Below, piece by piece: positions 49,549-62,399 of a stretch of 64,000 nt of DNA. Each line of letters starts with the position of its first letter. The stretch's first letter is position 1. The notes below the pieces were generated by a model, which was not told the origin of the DNA, made no database searches, and saw only the letters and a program-made list of their open reading frames with translations. The position numbers and the translations under genes were made by a program. This DNA is from Mobula hypostoma (lineage: Eukaryota): contig NW_026948187.1 of the NCBI RefSeq assembly GCF_963921235.1, positions 6,944,001 through 7,008,000 of the forward strand. The letters run 5' to 3'.

Positions 49549-51700
49549 TTATGAGGCTATAAGGCTAGAACTTGCGGGTGTGAATTCCGATGATGTTTTT
49601 GCAGGGAAATGTACTATGGACATGTGGTCGATGTTTAGAGATCTCTTGCGGGATGTAAGGGATAAATTTGTCCCGGTGAGGAAGATAAAGAATGGTAGGA
49701 TGAAGGAACCATATGCGACAAGTGAGGTGGAAAATCTAGTCAGGTGGAAGAAGGCAGTTAACATGAGGTTCAGGAAGCAAGGATCAGATGGGTCTATTGA
49801 GGAACATAGGGAAGCAAGAAAGGAGGTTAAGAAGGGGCTGAGAAGAGCAAGAAGGGGGAATGAGAAGGCTTGGCGAGTAGGGTAAAGGAAAACCCCAAGG
49901 CATTCTTCAATTATGTGAAGAAAAAAAAGATGACAGGAGTGAAGGTAGGACCGATTGGAGATAAAGGTGGGAAGATGTGCCTGGAAGCTGTGGAAGTGAG
50001 CGAGGTCCTCAATGAATACTTCTTTTCGGTATTCAGCAATGAGAGGGAACTTGATGATAGTGAGGACAATATGAGTGAGTTTTATGATCTGCAGCATGTT
50101 GATATTAAGGGAGAGGAGGTGTTGGAGTTGTTAGAATACATTAGGACAGTTAAGTCCCCGGGGCCTGACGGAATATTCCCCAAGCTGCTCCACGATGCGA
50201 GAAAAGAGATTACTGAGCCTCTGGCTAGGATCTTTATGTCCTCGTTGTCCACGGTAATGGTACCGGAGGATAGGAGGGAGGCGAATATTGTTCCCTTGTT
50301 CAAAAAAGGTAGTGGGGATAGTCCGGGTAATTATAGCCCATTGAGCCTTACGTCTGTGGCGGGAAAGCTGTTGGAAAAGATTCTTAGAGATAGGATCTAT
50401 AGGCATTTAGAGAATCATGGTCTGATCAGAGACAGTCAGCATGGCTTTGTGAAGGGCAGATCGTGTTTAACAAGCCTGATAGAGTTATTTGAGGAGGTGA
50501 CCAGGCATATAGACGAGGGTAGTGCAGTGGATGTGATCTATATTGATTTGAATAAAGCATTTGACAAGGTTCCACACGGTAGGCTTCTTCTGAAAGTTAG
50601 AAGGCATGGGATCCAGGGAAGTTTCGCCAGGTGGATTGAGAATTGGCTTGCCTGCAGAAGGCAGAGGGTGGTGCTGGAGGGAATACATTCAGAATAGACT
50701 ATTGTGACTCGTGGTGTCCCACAAGGATCTGTTCTGGGACCTCTATTTTTCGTGACTTTTATTAACGACCTGGATGTGGGGTTAGAAGGGTGGGTTGGCA
50801 AGTTTGCAGAAGACATAAAGGTTGGTGGTGTTGTAGATAGTGTAGAGGATTGTCAAAGATTGCAGAGAGACATTGATAGCATGCAGAACTAGGCTGACAA
50901 GTGGCAGATGGAGTTCAACCCGGAGAAGTGTGAGGTGGTACACTTTGCAAGGACAAACTCCAAGGCAGAGTCCAAAGTAAATGGCAAGATGCGTGGTAGT
51001 GTGGAGGAGCAGAGGGATCTCGGAGGTACATGTCCACAGATCCCTGAAAGTTGCCTCACAGGTGGATAGGGTAGTTAAGAAAGCTTATGGGGTGTTAGCT
51101 TTCATAAGTCGAGGGATAAAGTTTAAGAGTCGCGATGTAATGATGCAGCTCTATAAAACACTGGTTAGGGCACACTTGGAGTACTGTGTCCAGTTCTGGT
51201 CACCTCACTATAGGAAGTATGTGTAAGCATTGGAAAGGGTACAGAGGAGATTTACCAGGATGCTGCCTGGTTTAGAAAGTATGCATTATGATTAGAGTTT
51301 AAGGGAACTAGGGCTTTACTCTTTGCAGAGAAGGAGGATGAGAGGAGACATGATAGAGGTGTACAAGATAATAAGAGAAAGAGATAGAGTGGATAGCCAG
51401 TGCCCCTTCCCCAGGGCACCACTGCTCAATACATGAGGACATGTCTTTAAGGTAAGGGGTGGGAAGTTCAAGGGGGATATTAGTGGAAGGTTTTTTACTC
51501 AGAGAGTGGTTGGTGCGTGGAATGCACTGCCTGAGTCAGTGGTGGAGGCAGATACACGAGTGAAGTTTAACATACTACTAGACAAGTATATTGAAGAATA
51601 TAAGTGGGGGCTTATATGGGAGGCAGGGTTTGAGGGTCGGCACAACATTGTGGGCCGAAGGGCCTGTCCTGTGCCGTACTATTCTATGTTCTATGTTCTA
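49549..51700 (+). mobile_element. Relatively young 5'-truncated CR1 LINE with (TTCTATG)n tail
   Basis: 275-aa ORF2 piece ([34 protein letters not shown]), PQGSVLGP; it interrupts an older CATTGA|AACC sequence. Confidence 0.93.
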
Positions 51701-52149
51701 TGAAACCTATCGGATATTGGAAGGACATGATGTCGTGGACGTGGAGAGTTAGGGCCGTCTTCAGATTCGTTGGGTGTCAATGGATACGGACAGTGGGCGC
51801 CAGAATGTGGTTGAGAGGGATAATAAATTATCTATGATGAAATGGCGGAGAAGGCTCAGTGTCCGAAAGTCTGAATTCATCTGCCGTGCCATATGGGCTC
51901 AGCAGATATATCAACTGTTGTCGGGAAGGTATTCTGATCTTTGGCTTCAGAAAAGGAGTTGAGACCGGGAAGTGTTAAGCGAATATAAACTGATTAATAC
52001 ACCACTTAGCACGCTGACAGAAATTCAACTCCATTCAACTGTAATCAAGAGAGAAATTAAGAATATAAAAAACATTTGAAATAGAAGCAGGAATAGTTCA
52101 TCTGTTCAGACTAGCATGATCTGGCTTAAGAAGATGATTATGGCTGATC

Positions 52150-53050
52150 TAGAATCATAGAAAACTTTCTGGAACATTTTCCCTATCTTTGAAATTACTC
52201 GGCTTACCCATAGCCCTCTATTTTTCTAAGCTCCGTGTACCTATCCAAAAGTCTATTAAAAGACTCTATCGTATTCGCTTCCACCACCGTTTCCGGCAGC
52301 ATATTTCCACGCGCTCCCCACTCACTGAGTAAAACCTTACCCCTGACCTCTCCTCTGTACCTAGTAATCAGCACATTAAACCTGAGTCCTCTTGTGGCAA
52401 CCATTTCAGTCCTGCGAAAACGCTTCTGACTATCCTCACGATCAATGCCTCTCGTCAAACTTATACACATCTATCGGCTCACCTTTTATTCTCCGTCGCT
52501 CCATGCAGAGAAGGCCGAGATCACTCAACCGGTTTTCAGAAGGAGTGCTCCTCAATCTAGGCAACATCCTTTTAAATCTCCTCTGCACACTTTCTATTGC
52601 TCCCTCGTAAATCCTATAGTGCGGCGACCAGAACTGAGCACAAAGTGGTCTGACCAGGACCCTATATAGCTGCAACATCTCGCCTCTGCTCGTAAATCAA
52701 ATCCACAATTAATGAGGGCAAATCCACCGTATGCCTTCTTAACCACCAGTCCACCTGCGCACTCTTTGCCTTCTCCGAGCAAGCCAGTTCTGTATCCACA
52801 AAGCAATGTCCCCTTAAATCCCACGCCTTCTTACTTTCTCAAAAAGCCTTGCATGGAGTACCTTATCAAATGCCTTTCTGAAATCCAAATACACTTCACC
52901 TACTGCTCTTCCTTCATCAATGTGTTTAGTCGCATCCTCAAAAACCTCAATCAGGCTCGTAAGGCACGAACTGCTCTTCACAAAGCCATGCTGTCTACTC
53001 CTAATCATATGATAGTTCTCTCTCTGGATCTTCTCCATCAACGTAACAAC
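52150..53050 (-). mobile_element. CR1 fragment with internal deletions
   Basis: QHGFVKSSSCLTSL..YLDFRKAFDKV and LQLYRVLVRP translations. Confidence 0.8.
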
Positions 53051-53311
53051 CACTGAAGTAGGACTGACAAAGGACTCATCGCCACATACTCACTTTTTCC
53101 TCATAACTCTTAATTCTTCCACTATTCAACATCTATGCCAGCCTCCACTGCTTCATTGAGCAGAGAATTTAAGAGATTCACCACCCTCTGAGGGGAAAAG
53201 TTCCTCATCATCGCGATCGCGGTCCTAAATTTTATCCGGAGAATCTTCAGGCTTTGTCCCATAGTTGTTGTCTCACCTACCAGTGGCAAGAACTATCCTG
53301 ACACTATCCTA

Positions 53312-53940
53312 TCTTTTAGCCTTTTTTAGATTAGATTATGAGTACACGCAGTCCTTTTTTTATTGTCATTTACTAATGCATGCATTAAGAAATGTAGCAA
53401 TGTTCCTCCCGAATGATATCATAGAAACACAAGACAAAACAAGACTGAAAAACTGACAGATACCACATAATTATAACATATAGTTACAACAGTGCAAAGC
53501 AATACCGTAATTTGATAAAGAACAGAACATGAGCACGGTAAAAAAAAAAGGTCTCAAAGTCTCTCCCTGCCATGAGCTTCCAGCGCCGCAAACTTGCCGA
53601 CGCAGCACCCTGGAGCACCCGACCACAGCCGACTCTTGAGTCCGTCGTAAACTTCGAGCCTCCGACACCGAGCACCGAGCACCATCTCAGCCGAGCGCTT
53701 CGACCCCGGCCCAGGCAACAGGTAATAGGCAACGCCCAGGATTTGGGCCCTTCTCTTCCGGAGATTCTCGATCTCACAGTATCAGCTGCAGCTCAGCGGA
53801 CATTTCAGAAGTTTCTCCAGGTGTTCCTCCGTGCTTCTCACGTCTGTTTCCATCAGGTCAGGATTGTGCAACGCACCTACTTACAAATACGATACCTTTT
53901 CGGAGCGGCAGCGCGCGCTGTGTTGCGCCGCTAGCTTCTC
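53312..53940 (-). mobile_element. Non-autonomous retroposon-like insert
   Basis: Absent from the homologous gene A intron; TCCTATC on both flanks (possible TSD); GC-rich end at 53940 and AT-rich tail at 53312. Confidence 0.5.
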
Positions 53941-54047
53941 GTTTCCTATCGTCCATTTCATAATTGTATTTGTTTTTAGAAGATTTCCTCTCATCCTTCT
54001 TAGTTCCAGACAGTACGATCCCAATCGACTCAATTTCCCCTCATGGT

Positions 54048-55765
54048 CCATAAGACCATAAGACCATACGACAAAGGAGCGGAATTCGGCCATTCGGCCC
54101 ATCGTGTCTGATCCGCCATTTCGTCATTAGCTGATCCATTCCCCCATTTAACCTTGTGAATCTACGCTGCACTCCATCAACACCAAGAATGTCCTTCCTC
54201 AAATTCGGAGACCAAAACTGCACACAGTACTCCAGGTGTGGTCTCACCTGGGCCCTGTACATCTGCAGAAGGACCTCTTTGCTCCTATACTCAATTCCTC
54301 TCGTTATGAAGGGCAGAATGTCACTAGCTTTCTTCACAGCCTTCTGTACCTGCGTGCTTGCTTTCAGTGACTGATGTACAAGAACACCTAGACCTAATTG
54401 TACTTCCCCTTTTCCTGACATGGCTACATTTAGATAATAATCTGCCTTCCTGTTCTTACCACCAAAGTGGAACACCTCACATTTCTCCATATTAAAGTGC
54501 ATCTGCCATGCATCCGCCCACTCACCCAGCCTGTCCAAGTCACCGTGCAGTCTCATAACATGCTCCTCACATTTCAAGCAGCCACCCAGCCTGTGTCGTC
54601 TGTAAATTTGTTAATGTTACTTTTAATCCCTTCATCTAAATCATTAATGCATCTTGTCAACAGCTGCGGTCCCAGCACTGAACCCTGCGGAAACCCACTG
54701 GTCACCGCCTGCCATTTCGAATGGGACCCGTTAATCGCTACTCTTTGTTTACTGTCAGCCAGCGAATTTTCAGTCCGTGTCAGTACTCTGCCCCCAGTAC
54801 CATGTGCCCTAATTTTGCCCACTAATCTCCTATGTGGGACTTTATCAAAGACTTTCTGAACGTTCAGTTACACGACATCTACTGACTCTCCCTTGTCCAT
54901 TTGTATAGTTACATCCTGAAAAGATTCCAGAAGACTAGTCAAGCACGATTTCCCTTCGTAAATCCATGCTGACTTGGACCTATCCTGTTACTGCTATCGA
55001 AATGTGTCCTAATTTCAACTTTTATAATTGACTCCAGCATCTTTCACACCACTGACGTCAGGCTATCAAGTCTATAATTCCCAATTTTCTCTCTCCCTCC
55101 TTTCTTGAAAAGTTGGACAACATTAACCACCCTCCAATCCACAGGAACTGATCCTGAATCTATAGAACATTGAAAATCGATTACCAATGCGTTCACGGTC
55201 TCTAAAGCCACATCCTGGGATGCAGACCAGCAGGTTCCGGGGACTTCTTAGCCTTCAGACCCAGCAGTCTATCCAAGAAGATTTCTTGACTAATATAAAT
55301 TTCCTTCAGTTCATCCATTACGCTAGGTCCTTTGGCCACTATTATATCTGGGAGATTGTTTGTGTCTGCCCTAGTGAAAAAAAGAGGATAGTACTGTTCC
55401 ACTCGTCTGCCATATCCTTGTTCCCCATAATATATTCACCAGTTTCTGTCTTCAAGGGCCCAATTTTGTTCTTATCTATTTGTTTTTCCTTTTCACATAC
55501 CTAAAGAAGATTTTACTATCCTCCTTTATATTCTTGGCTAATATACCTTCGGATCTCATTTTTTTTCTCCGCGTATTGCCTTTTTTATTTATCGTCTGTT
55601 GTACTTTAAAAGTTTCCCAATCCTCCGGCTTCCAACTCATCTTTGATACGTTATACATTTTCTCTTTTGATTTTATACTGTCCTTTACTTCCCTATCAGC
55701 CACGGCCTCCCCTTACGCCCCTTACGATCTTTCTTCCTCTTTGGAATGAACTGATCCTGCACCTT
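54048..55765 (-). mobile_element. CR1 LINE fragment with (CCATAAGA)n tail
   Basis: PQGSVLGPQ, QVRPHLEYCVQFWSP translations. Confidence 0.88.
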
Positions 55766-56139
55766 CAACGGTGGAGTGGGCATTGATGTAGCCCGGGGAA
55801 AGAACGCAGCACAATGGGAAGATCACGTGCGAGGAATAAACTGGGGTCGGCGGCAGGATCATAGAGTCTTGTAGGCTGTGCCCATCAATCGTCCCGCTAA
55901 CAAGCAAATTTCAGAAGTGTTTCAGTAAGTTCTAAATGCAAAGGACTCAAGCAAAATTACAACAGCAAACGTCATTCCCGGAATCCTCCTGTGGACACTC
56001 TCCAATGACAACGCATCCTTTCTGAGTAGTGGACCAAGACTTAGTTACATACACTAAGTGCGGCCTAACTAGTGCCTTATAACGGCTCTTCATTACCTCC
56101 TTACTTTTATATTTTACTCCCTTGAAATAAATACCAACA

Positions 56140-56830
56140 TCCCATTTACCATCTTTACCACAAAGTTAACCATAAATTAATGCGATTCTTGCACAAGGAC
56201 AGAAGAGTTACTCTGTACATCTGATCTTTGAACCTTCTTCCTATTCATGTAATAGTCCACACAATTGTATACTTTACGAAAATGCGGTATCATCATTTCC
56301 CAACATTGTTTTCCGTCTGCTATTCTTGACCTTTCTTCCAGTCTGTCCACTTCCTGTTGCAATGGCATTGTTTCATCAGCACTACCAACTCCTCCATCCA
56401 TTTTCCTCTCATCCGCAAAATGCGCGACAAAGCCATCAATTCCGTTATCGAAACATTGATCAACGATCTGCAAAGCCGTCTGCCGAATTCTCACCCTTGA
56501 AGAACACCACTAGTCACTCGTGTCAACCGGAAAAGGCCCCTTTCATTCCCACGCTCTTCCTCCTGTCTCTCAGCCATTCGTCTGTCCATGCCACTATCTT
56601 ATTATTTTGTTAAGCAGTATGATGTGTGGCACCTTATCAAATCGATTCTGAAAATCCAAGTAAATAATATCCACTACGTCTCCTTTGCCGGCCATGTTTG
56701 TTACTTATGTATTAATATCTTTCAGATTTCCACTCAGACAAACCATGCTGACTTTGACTTATTTTTCATTAGTCTCCAAGTATCTCGCAATCGCATTGTT
56801 GATAATAGACTCCAACGACCTGTCCTAAAA
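56140..56830 (-). mobile_element. Decayed CR1 fragment, inverted paralogue of 24550-25330
   Basis: LEERSRIADGKQCWE..YNCVDYY..VQESH matches LEERSRMADRKQRWE..YNCVDYY..VRESH. Confidence 0.8.
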
Positions 56831-57017
56831 TTTCCATTCTTTTCACTTCCTCCCTTCGTAAAGAGTGCAATCTTTCAGTTCTGCGGGACAAGTCAGAATC
56901 ACGTGATCCCTCAGAGAATATTACCAATATACCCATTATCTTTTCAGCATCCTATCACGGGACTCTGGGGTATAGTACATCTGGCCCAATTGACCTATCC
57001 ACTTTCAGACATTTGCG

Positions 57018-57150
57018 TCCTGACAAAGGGTTTGGGCCCGAAACGGCTATTGTACATCTTCCTTTCAATGCTGCATGGCCTTCTGCGTTCACCAGCATTT
57101 TTATGTGTGTTGTTTGAAATTCCAGCATCTGCAGATTTCCTCCTGTTTAC
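57018..57150 (+). mobile_element. Penelope-terminus-derived short element (single arm)
   Basis: TCCTGACAAAGGGTTTGGGCCCGAAACG..CTGCGTTCACCAGC..CCAGCATCTGCAGATT; same family as 1427-1612. Confidence 0.7.
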
Positions 57151-57239
57151 ATACGCAAGGAAGTAGTTAAGTTCATAGGTTATATCTTAGCCCCCATTGC
57201 TACCACTAGTCGTAAATAAGGAACATCAATTTTCACTTG

Positions 57240-60200
57240 TTCTATTCCTTGTGGCACAATATAACATATAACCATATAGCAACTGCAGCACGGAAACAAG
57301 CCATCTCGGCCTTTTTAGTCCGTGCCGAACACCTACTCTCACCTAGTCCCACCGATCTGCACTCGGTCCATAATCTCCATTGCTTTCCTATCCATATATC
57401 TATCCAATTTAACTTTAAACGACAACATCGAACCTGCCTCAACCACTTCTGCTGGAAGCTCGTTCCACACAGCCACCACTCTCTGAGTAAAGAAGTTCCC
57501 CCTCATGTTACGCCTAAACTTTTGCCCTTTAATTCTCATCACATGTCCTCTTGTTTGAATTTCCGCACTCTCAATGGGAAAAGCCTATCCACGTCAACTC
57601 TATAAATCCCCCTCATAATTTTAAACACCTCTATCAAATCCCATCTCAACCTTCTGCGCTCCGAAGAATAAAGACATAACTTGTTCAACCTTTTTCTGTA
57701 ACTTAGGAGATGAAACCCAGGCAAAATTTTAGGAAACCTCCTCTGTACCCTCTCAATTTTATTGACACCTTTCCTATAATGCGGTGACCAGAACTGTACA
57801 CATTACTCCAAATTTGCCCTTACTAATGCCTTATACAGTTTCAATATTACATCCCAACTCCTATACTCAATGCTCTGATTAATAAAGGCCAGCATACCAG
57901 AAGCTTTCTTCACCACCCTATCACCATGAGATTCCACCTTCAGGGAACTATGCACCATTATTCCTAGATCCCTCTGTTCTACAGCATTTTTCAATGCCCT
58001 GCCATTTACCATGTATGTCCTATTTTGATTAGTCCTACCAAAATGTAGCACGTCACATTTTTCTGCATTGAACTCCATCTGCCATCTTTCAGCCCACTCT
58101 TCTAACTGGCCTAAATCTCTGCAAGTTTTGAAAACCTGCTTCATTATCCACAACACCACCTATCTTAGTATCATCTGCATACTGACTCATCCAATTTACC
58201 ACCCCGTCATCCAGATCATTAATGTATACGACAAACAACATTGGACCCAGTACAGATACCTAAGGCACACCACTACACACCGTCCTCCAATCTGACAGAG
58301 TTATCCACCACTACTTTCTGCCGTCTCCCATCCAGCCACTGCTGAATCCATTTTACTACTTCGATATTAATGCCTAACGATTGAACATTCCGAACTAACT
58401 TTCCGTGTGGAACTTTGTCAAAGGCCTTACTGAAGTCCTTATAGACAACATCCACCGCTTTACTGTCATGAACTTTCCTAGCAACCTCATTTAAAAATTC
58501 AGTAAGATTTGTCAAACATGCACAAATCCATGTTGACTGTTTCAAATCAGACCCTCTCTATCCAGATAATTATATATACCATCTCTAAGAATACTTTCAA
58601 TCAATTTACCCATACTGACGTCAAACTCACAGGTCGATAATTGTTAGGTTTACTCTTAGAACCCTTTTTATACAATGTAATCACATGAGCAATACGCCAA
58701 TCCTCCGGCACCATCACCGTTTCTAATGTCATTTGAAATATTTCTGTCAGAGCTCCTGCTATTTCCACACTAACTTCCCTCAAGGTCCTACGGAATATCT
58801 TGTCCGGACCCGGATACTTATCCACTAATTCATTCTTTAAAAGCGCCAGTACTTCCTCTTCTTTAATCGGCATACTTTCCATAACTACCCTTCCTGTTTC
58901 CTTCACCTGACACAATTTAATATCCTTCTCCTTAGTGAATACGAAAGAAATGAAATTGTTCAAAATTTCCAAGATCTCTTTTGGCCCCGCACATAGCCGT
59001 CTACTCTGATTCTCTAAGGGATCAATTTTATCCCTCACTATCCTTTTGCTATTTTTATAACTGTAGAAACCCTTTCGATTTATTTTCACCTCACTTGCAA
59101 AAGCTGCCTCGTATCTTCTCTTAATTTTTCTAATTTCTTTCATAAGATTTTTTTTACTTACTTTATATTCCTCGAGCACTTCATTAACTCCAAGCTGCCT
59201 ATATTTATTGTAATTCCCTCTCTTTTTTTCGAACCAAGTTTCCTATATCCCTTGAAAACCATGGCTCTGTCAAACTTTAACCTTTCCTTTCAACCTAACA
59301 GGAACATGAAGATCCTGTACCCTCAAAACTTCACCTTTTAGTTACCTCCATTTCTCTATTACATTCTTCCCATAAAACAAATTGTCTCAATGCACTCCTT
59401 CTAAATCCTTTCGCATCTCCTCAAGGTTAGTCTTTCTGCAACCTAAAAACTCAACCTCTGTTCCAGTCTTATCCTTCTCCATAATTATTTTGAAACTAAT
59501 GGTATTGTGATCACTGGACCCGAAGTGCTCCCCAGAACATACCTCCGTCTCCTGCCTTATCTCATTCACTAACAAGAGATCCACATTACCCCTTCTCTAG
59601 TTGGTACCTCTATGTATTTCTGCAAAAAAACTATCTTGCACACATTTGACAAACTCCAAACCATCCAGCCCTTTTATAGAATGGACTTCCCAGTCTATCA
59701 GTGGAAAACTAAAATTTCCCACAATCACAACCTTGTGCTTCCAACAAATATCTGCTATCTCCTTACAAATTTTCTCCTCCAGTTCTCGGTCCTCATTAGG
59801 TGGTCTATAATACACCCCTGTAAGTGTCACTACACTCTTCCTATTCCTCAATTACACCCAAATACCCTCCCTGGACGAGTCCAATAATCTATCCTGCCAG
59901 AGGAACACTGTCAATTTTTCTCTGACAAGCAATGCAACACCACCCCCTCTTGCCCCTGCTATTCTATCACACCTGAAGCAACGAAATCCTTGAATAATTA
60001 GTTGCCAATCACAGCCCTCCTGCAACAACGTTTCATAATAGCTACAGCATCACATTTCCAGATCTCAATCCATGCTCTAAGCTCATCCATCTTTCTTACA
60101 ATGCTCCTAGCATTAATATAGATGCATTTCAGAAACTCTCCACCTCTGACTGTCTTTTTATCCTTAATGGAGCAAACAACTTTATTATCGTTTTCTTCCT

Positions 60201-61230
60201 TGTCCCCTACATCTTCGGTCTGAGTGCTCCTGATCTCTGTCCTCTGCCTATCCTCCCTCACACACTGTCTACTAGCTCCCTCTATTGGTGAACTAACTTC
60301 CTCTCTCCTAGTCCCTTTAATTTGATTCAGACCCCCAACCATTCTACTTAAAGTCACCTCAGTAGCCCTCACAAATCTCTCCTCCAGGATATTGGTCACC
60401 CTAGGATTCAACTGTAACCGGTCCTTTTTGTACAGGTCACACCTGCGCCAAAAGAGGTCCCAATGATCCAAAAACTTGAATCCCTGCCCTCTGCCCCAAT
60501 CCCTCAGCCATGCATTTATCCTCCACCTCATTTTATTCCTGCTCGCACTGTCGCGTAGCACAGGCAGTAATCCCGAGATTACTAACTTTGAGGTCCTTTT
60601 TCTCAACTCCCTTCCTAACTCCCCATATCCTCCTTTCAGGTCCACTCCCGTTTTCCTACCTATGTCATTGGTACCTATATGTACCTACTGGCACATATAG
60701 GTACCATTAAGGGGCACATCCACTGGGTTACTCTCTATTACCTGACTCTTCCTCTTTCCCCTCCTAGCCGTGACCCACTTGTCTGCCTCCCGTGGCTCCG
60801 GTGTGACCACCTGCCTGTAACTCGTCTCTATCAACTCCTCACTCTCCCTGACAAGGCGAAGGTCACCGAGCTCCAGCTCCACTTCCCTAACGCGATCTCT
60901 TAGGAGCTGCATCTCGGCGCACCTGGCTCAGATGTGGACGTCCTGGGGGCCTGGAGACTCCAGGACTTTCCCACATCCGGCACTGAGAACAATAAGCTGC
61001 CCTCATACTCCCAACTCCTCAAATAACAACGAAAAATGAATACCAAACTCTGTTCGCCTCGCCCGTTTCCGTCTAAGCCCGTTGAGCCGAAGCCCTTAAG
61101 CCTTCACTCTGCTCCCGGCCCACTCCGCAGCCCGCAAACAATGCTGCCCGCTATATAAGTCTCTGTTCCTTTTAAATCTCCCGCGCGTCACTGCCCGACG
61201 TCCCACGCTTGCGCATTCCCGCCTGTCTGA
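57240..61230 (-). mobile_element. Near full-length, decayed CR1 LINE (5' UTR, ORF1 esterase/SGNH, APE, RT, tail)
   Basis: ORF1 KLVISGLLPV..FKFLDHWDLFW..LYKKDRLQLNP; APE YINARSI, YYRPPN, SDHNTI; [13 protein letters not shown]; internal deletion at ~60680. Confidence 0.92.
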
Positions 61231-62399
61231 ACGCCAATGGAAAAAAAACGAAAAATTCAAAAATGGCTTCCTTCGCACTCCCGCTCGGATTCTCAGGCCT
61301 CTTTCTCAGAATTCTTCTTGAATTCAAGAAGCACCAAGTCTGGCTGAGACAAATAAATGGAGTTGGACCGACCAAATTATCAATAATTCGATGGGGATCA
61401 TTTTCGGAACAGTGCCCATAATCTCAGATGTGTTATAGTCGTTAAAGATTATGATCAGACTGGTCTTCACGGGCCAGAATTCAGTCTGCCGAATTCCGAA
61501 TATAACTGCATTAGGCAGGATCTGGAGAATCGCCGCCGGGGCTAAGTCCACACCTCAGACGAGGATATTTTATAATTTGGATCTCAGTATCAGCATTTTT
61601 TCCGAAGGTAAATCTGAGTATGATGCAGGACAAGGCGGGTCTCGAAATGCTAAATGACGTGAAGTATGATAATTATCGACAGGAGAATATAAATGAGGTT
61701 TAAGGTTCAGCCATCAGTATTCGAGGCAGAAATCGGAGGTTATTAAACAAAGCGCGAATGTTGAAACAAGCGTTATTGAGAAGGTATATGAGGAGCAAAT
61801 GGGAAGCGAGGAGAATGGTGGGCATTTTAAAGAGGAAAGGAGGGTATCTGGAGATAAGATGTCCGGAAAATCCTTCATGATTACCTCACATCGGCATTCA
61901 CCACGGAAATGGATCCACAATAGGACAGGATCAGGAGGAGGATGATATTATTGCAGGGTACGAATATATTGTAACGAAGGAGTTGAAAGATTTTAGTGAA
62001 CCCAACTCTGCACTTGGTCAGTATCCTGCTGCCCCATATTTTGGCCTTCTTCTCCACCATCTAAATGCCTCCACTGAACCTCCCGTCTGCTCCTCCAACA
62101 ATTCAGTCATCTGTAACTCCTCCTCTCTCCCTTCCATTCTGAGTCACCGCGTTGGACCTGGTGCCGGAGACCTGGCCGCTGCGGCAGTCCCATGGTCGCT
62201 GGGCCCGCCGACAATATCCAAGTCTGTACACCTGTTACTTTTGGAACAACCTCAGAGTGTTCTGCACTGTCTGTTTATACCTCTTCCCTCTCCTGTCGTT
62301 CACACAGCTACCTGGCACCTACAAAGGAGAGGTAACACTTCATTCTCACTTAAAGGGCCGAATGTCACTGACCTGCAGCTCCAGGTTAAGATAGGAAAC

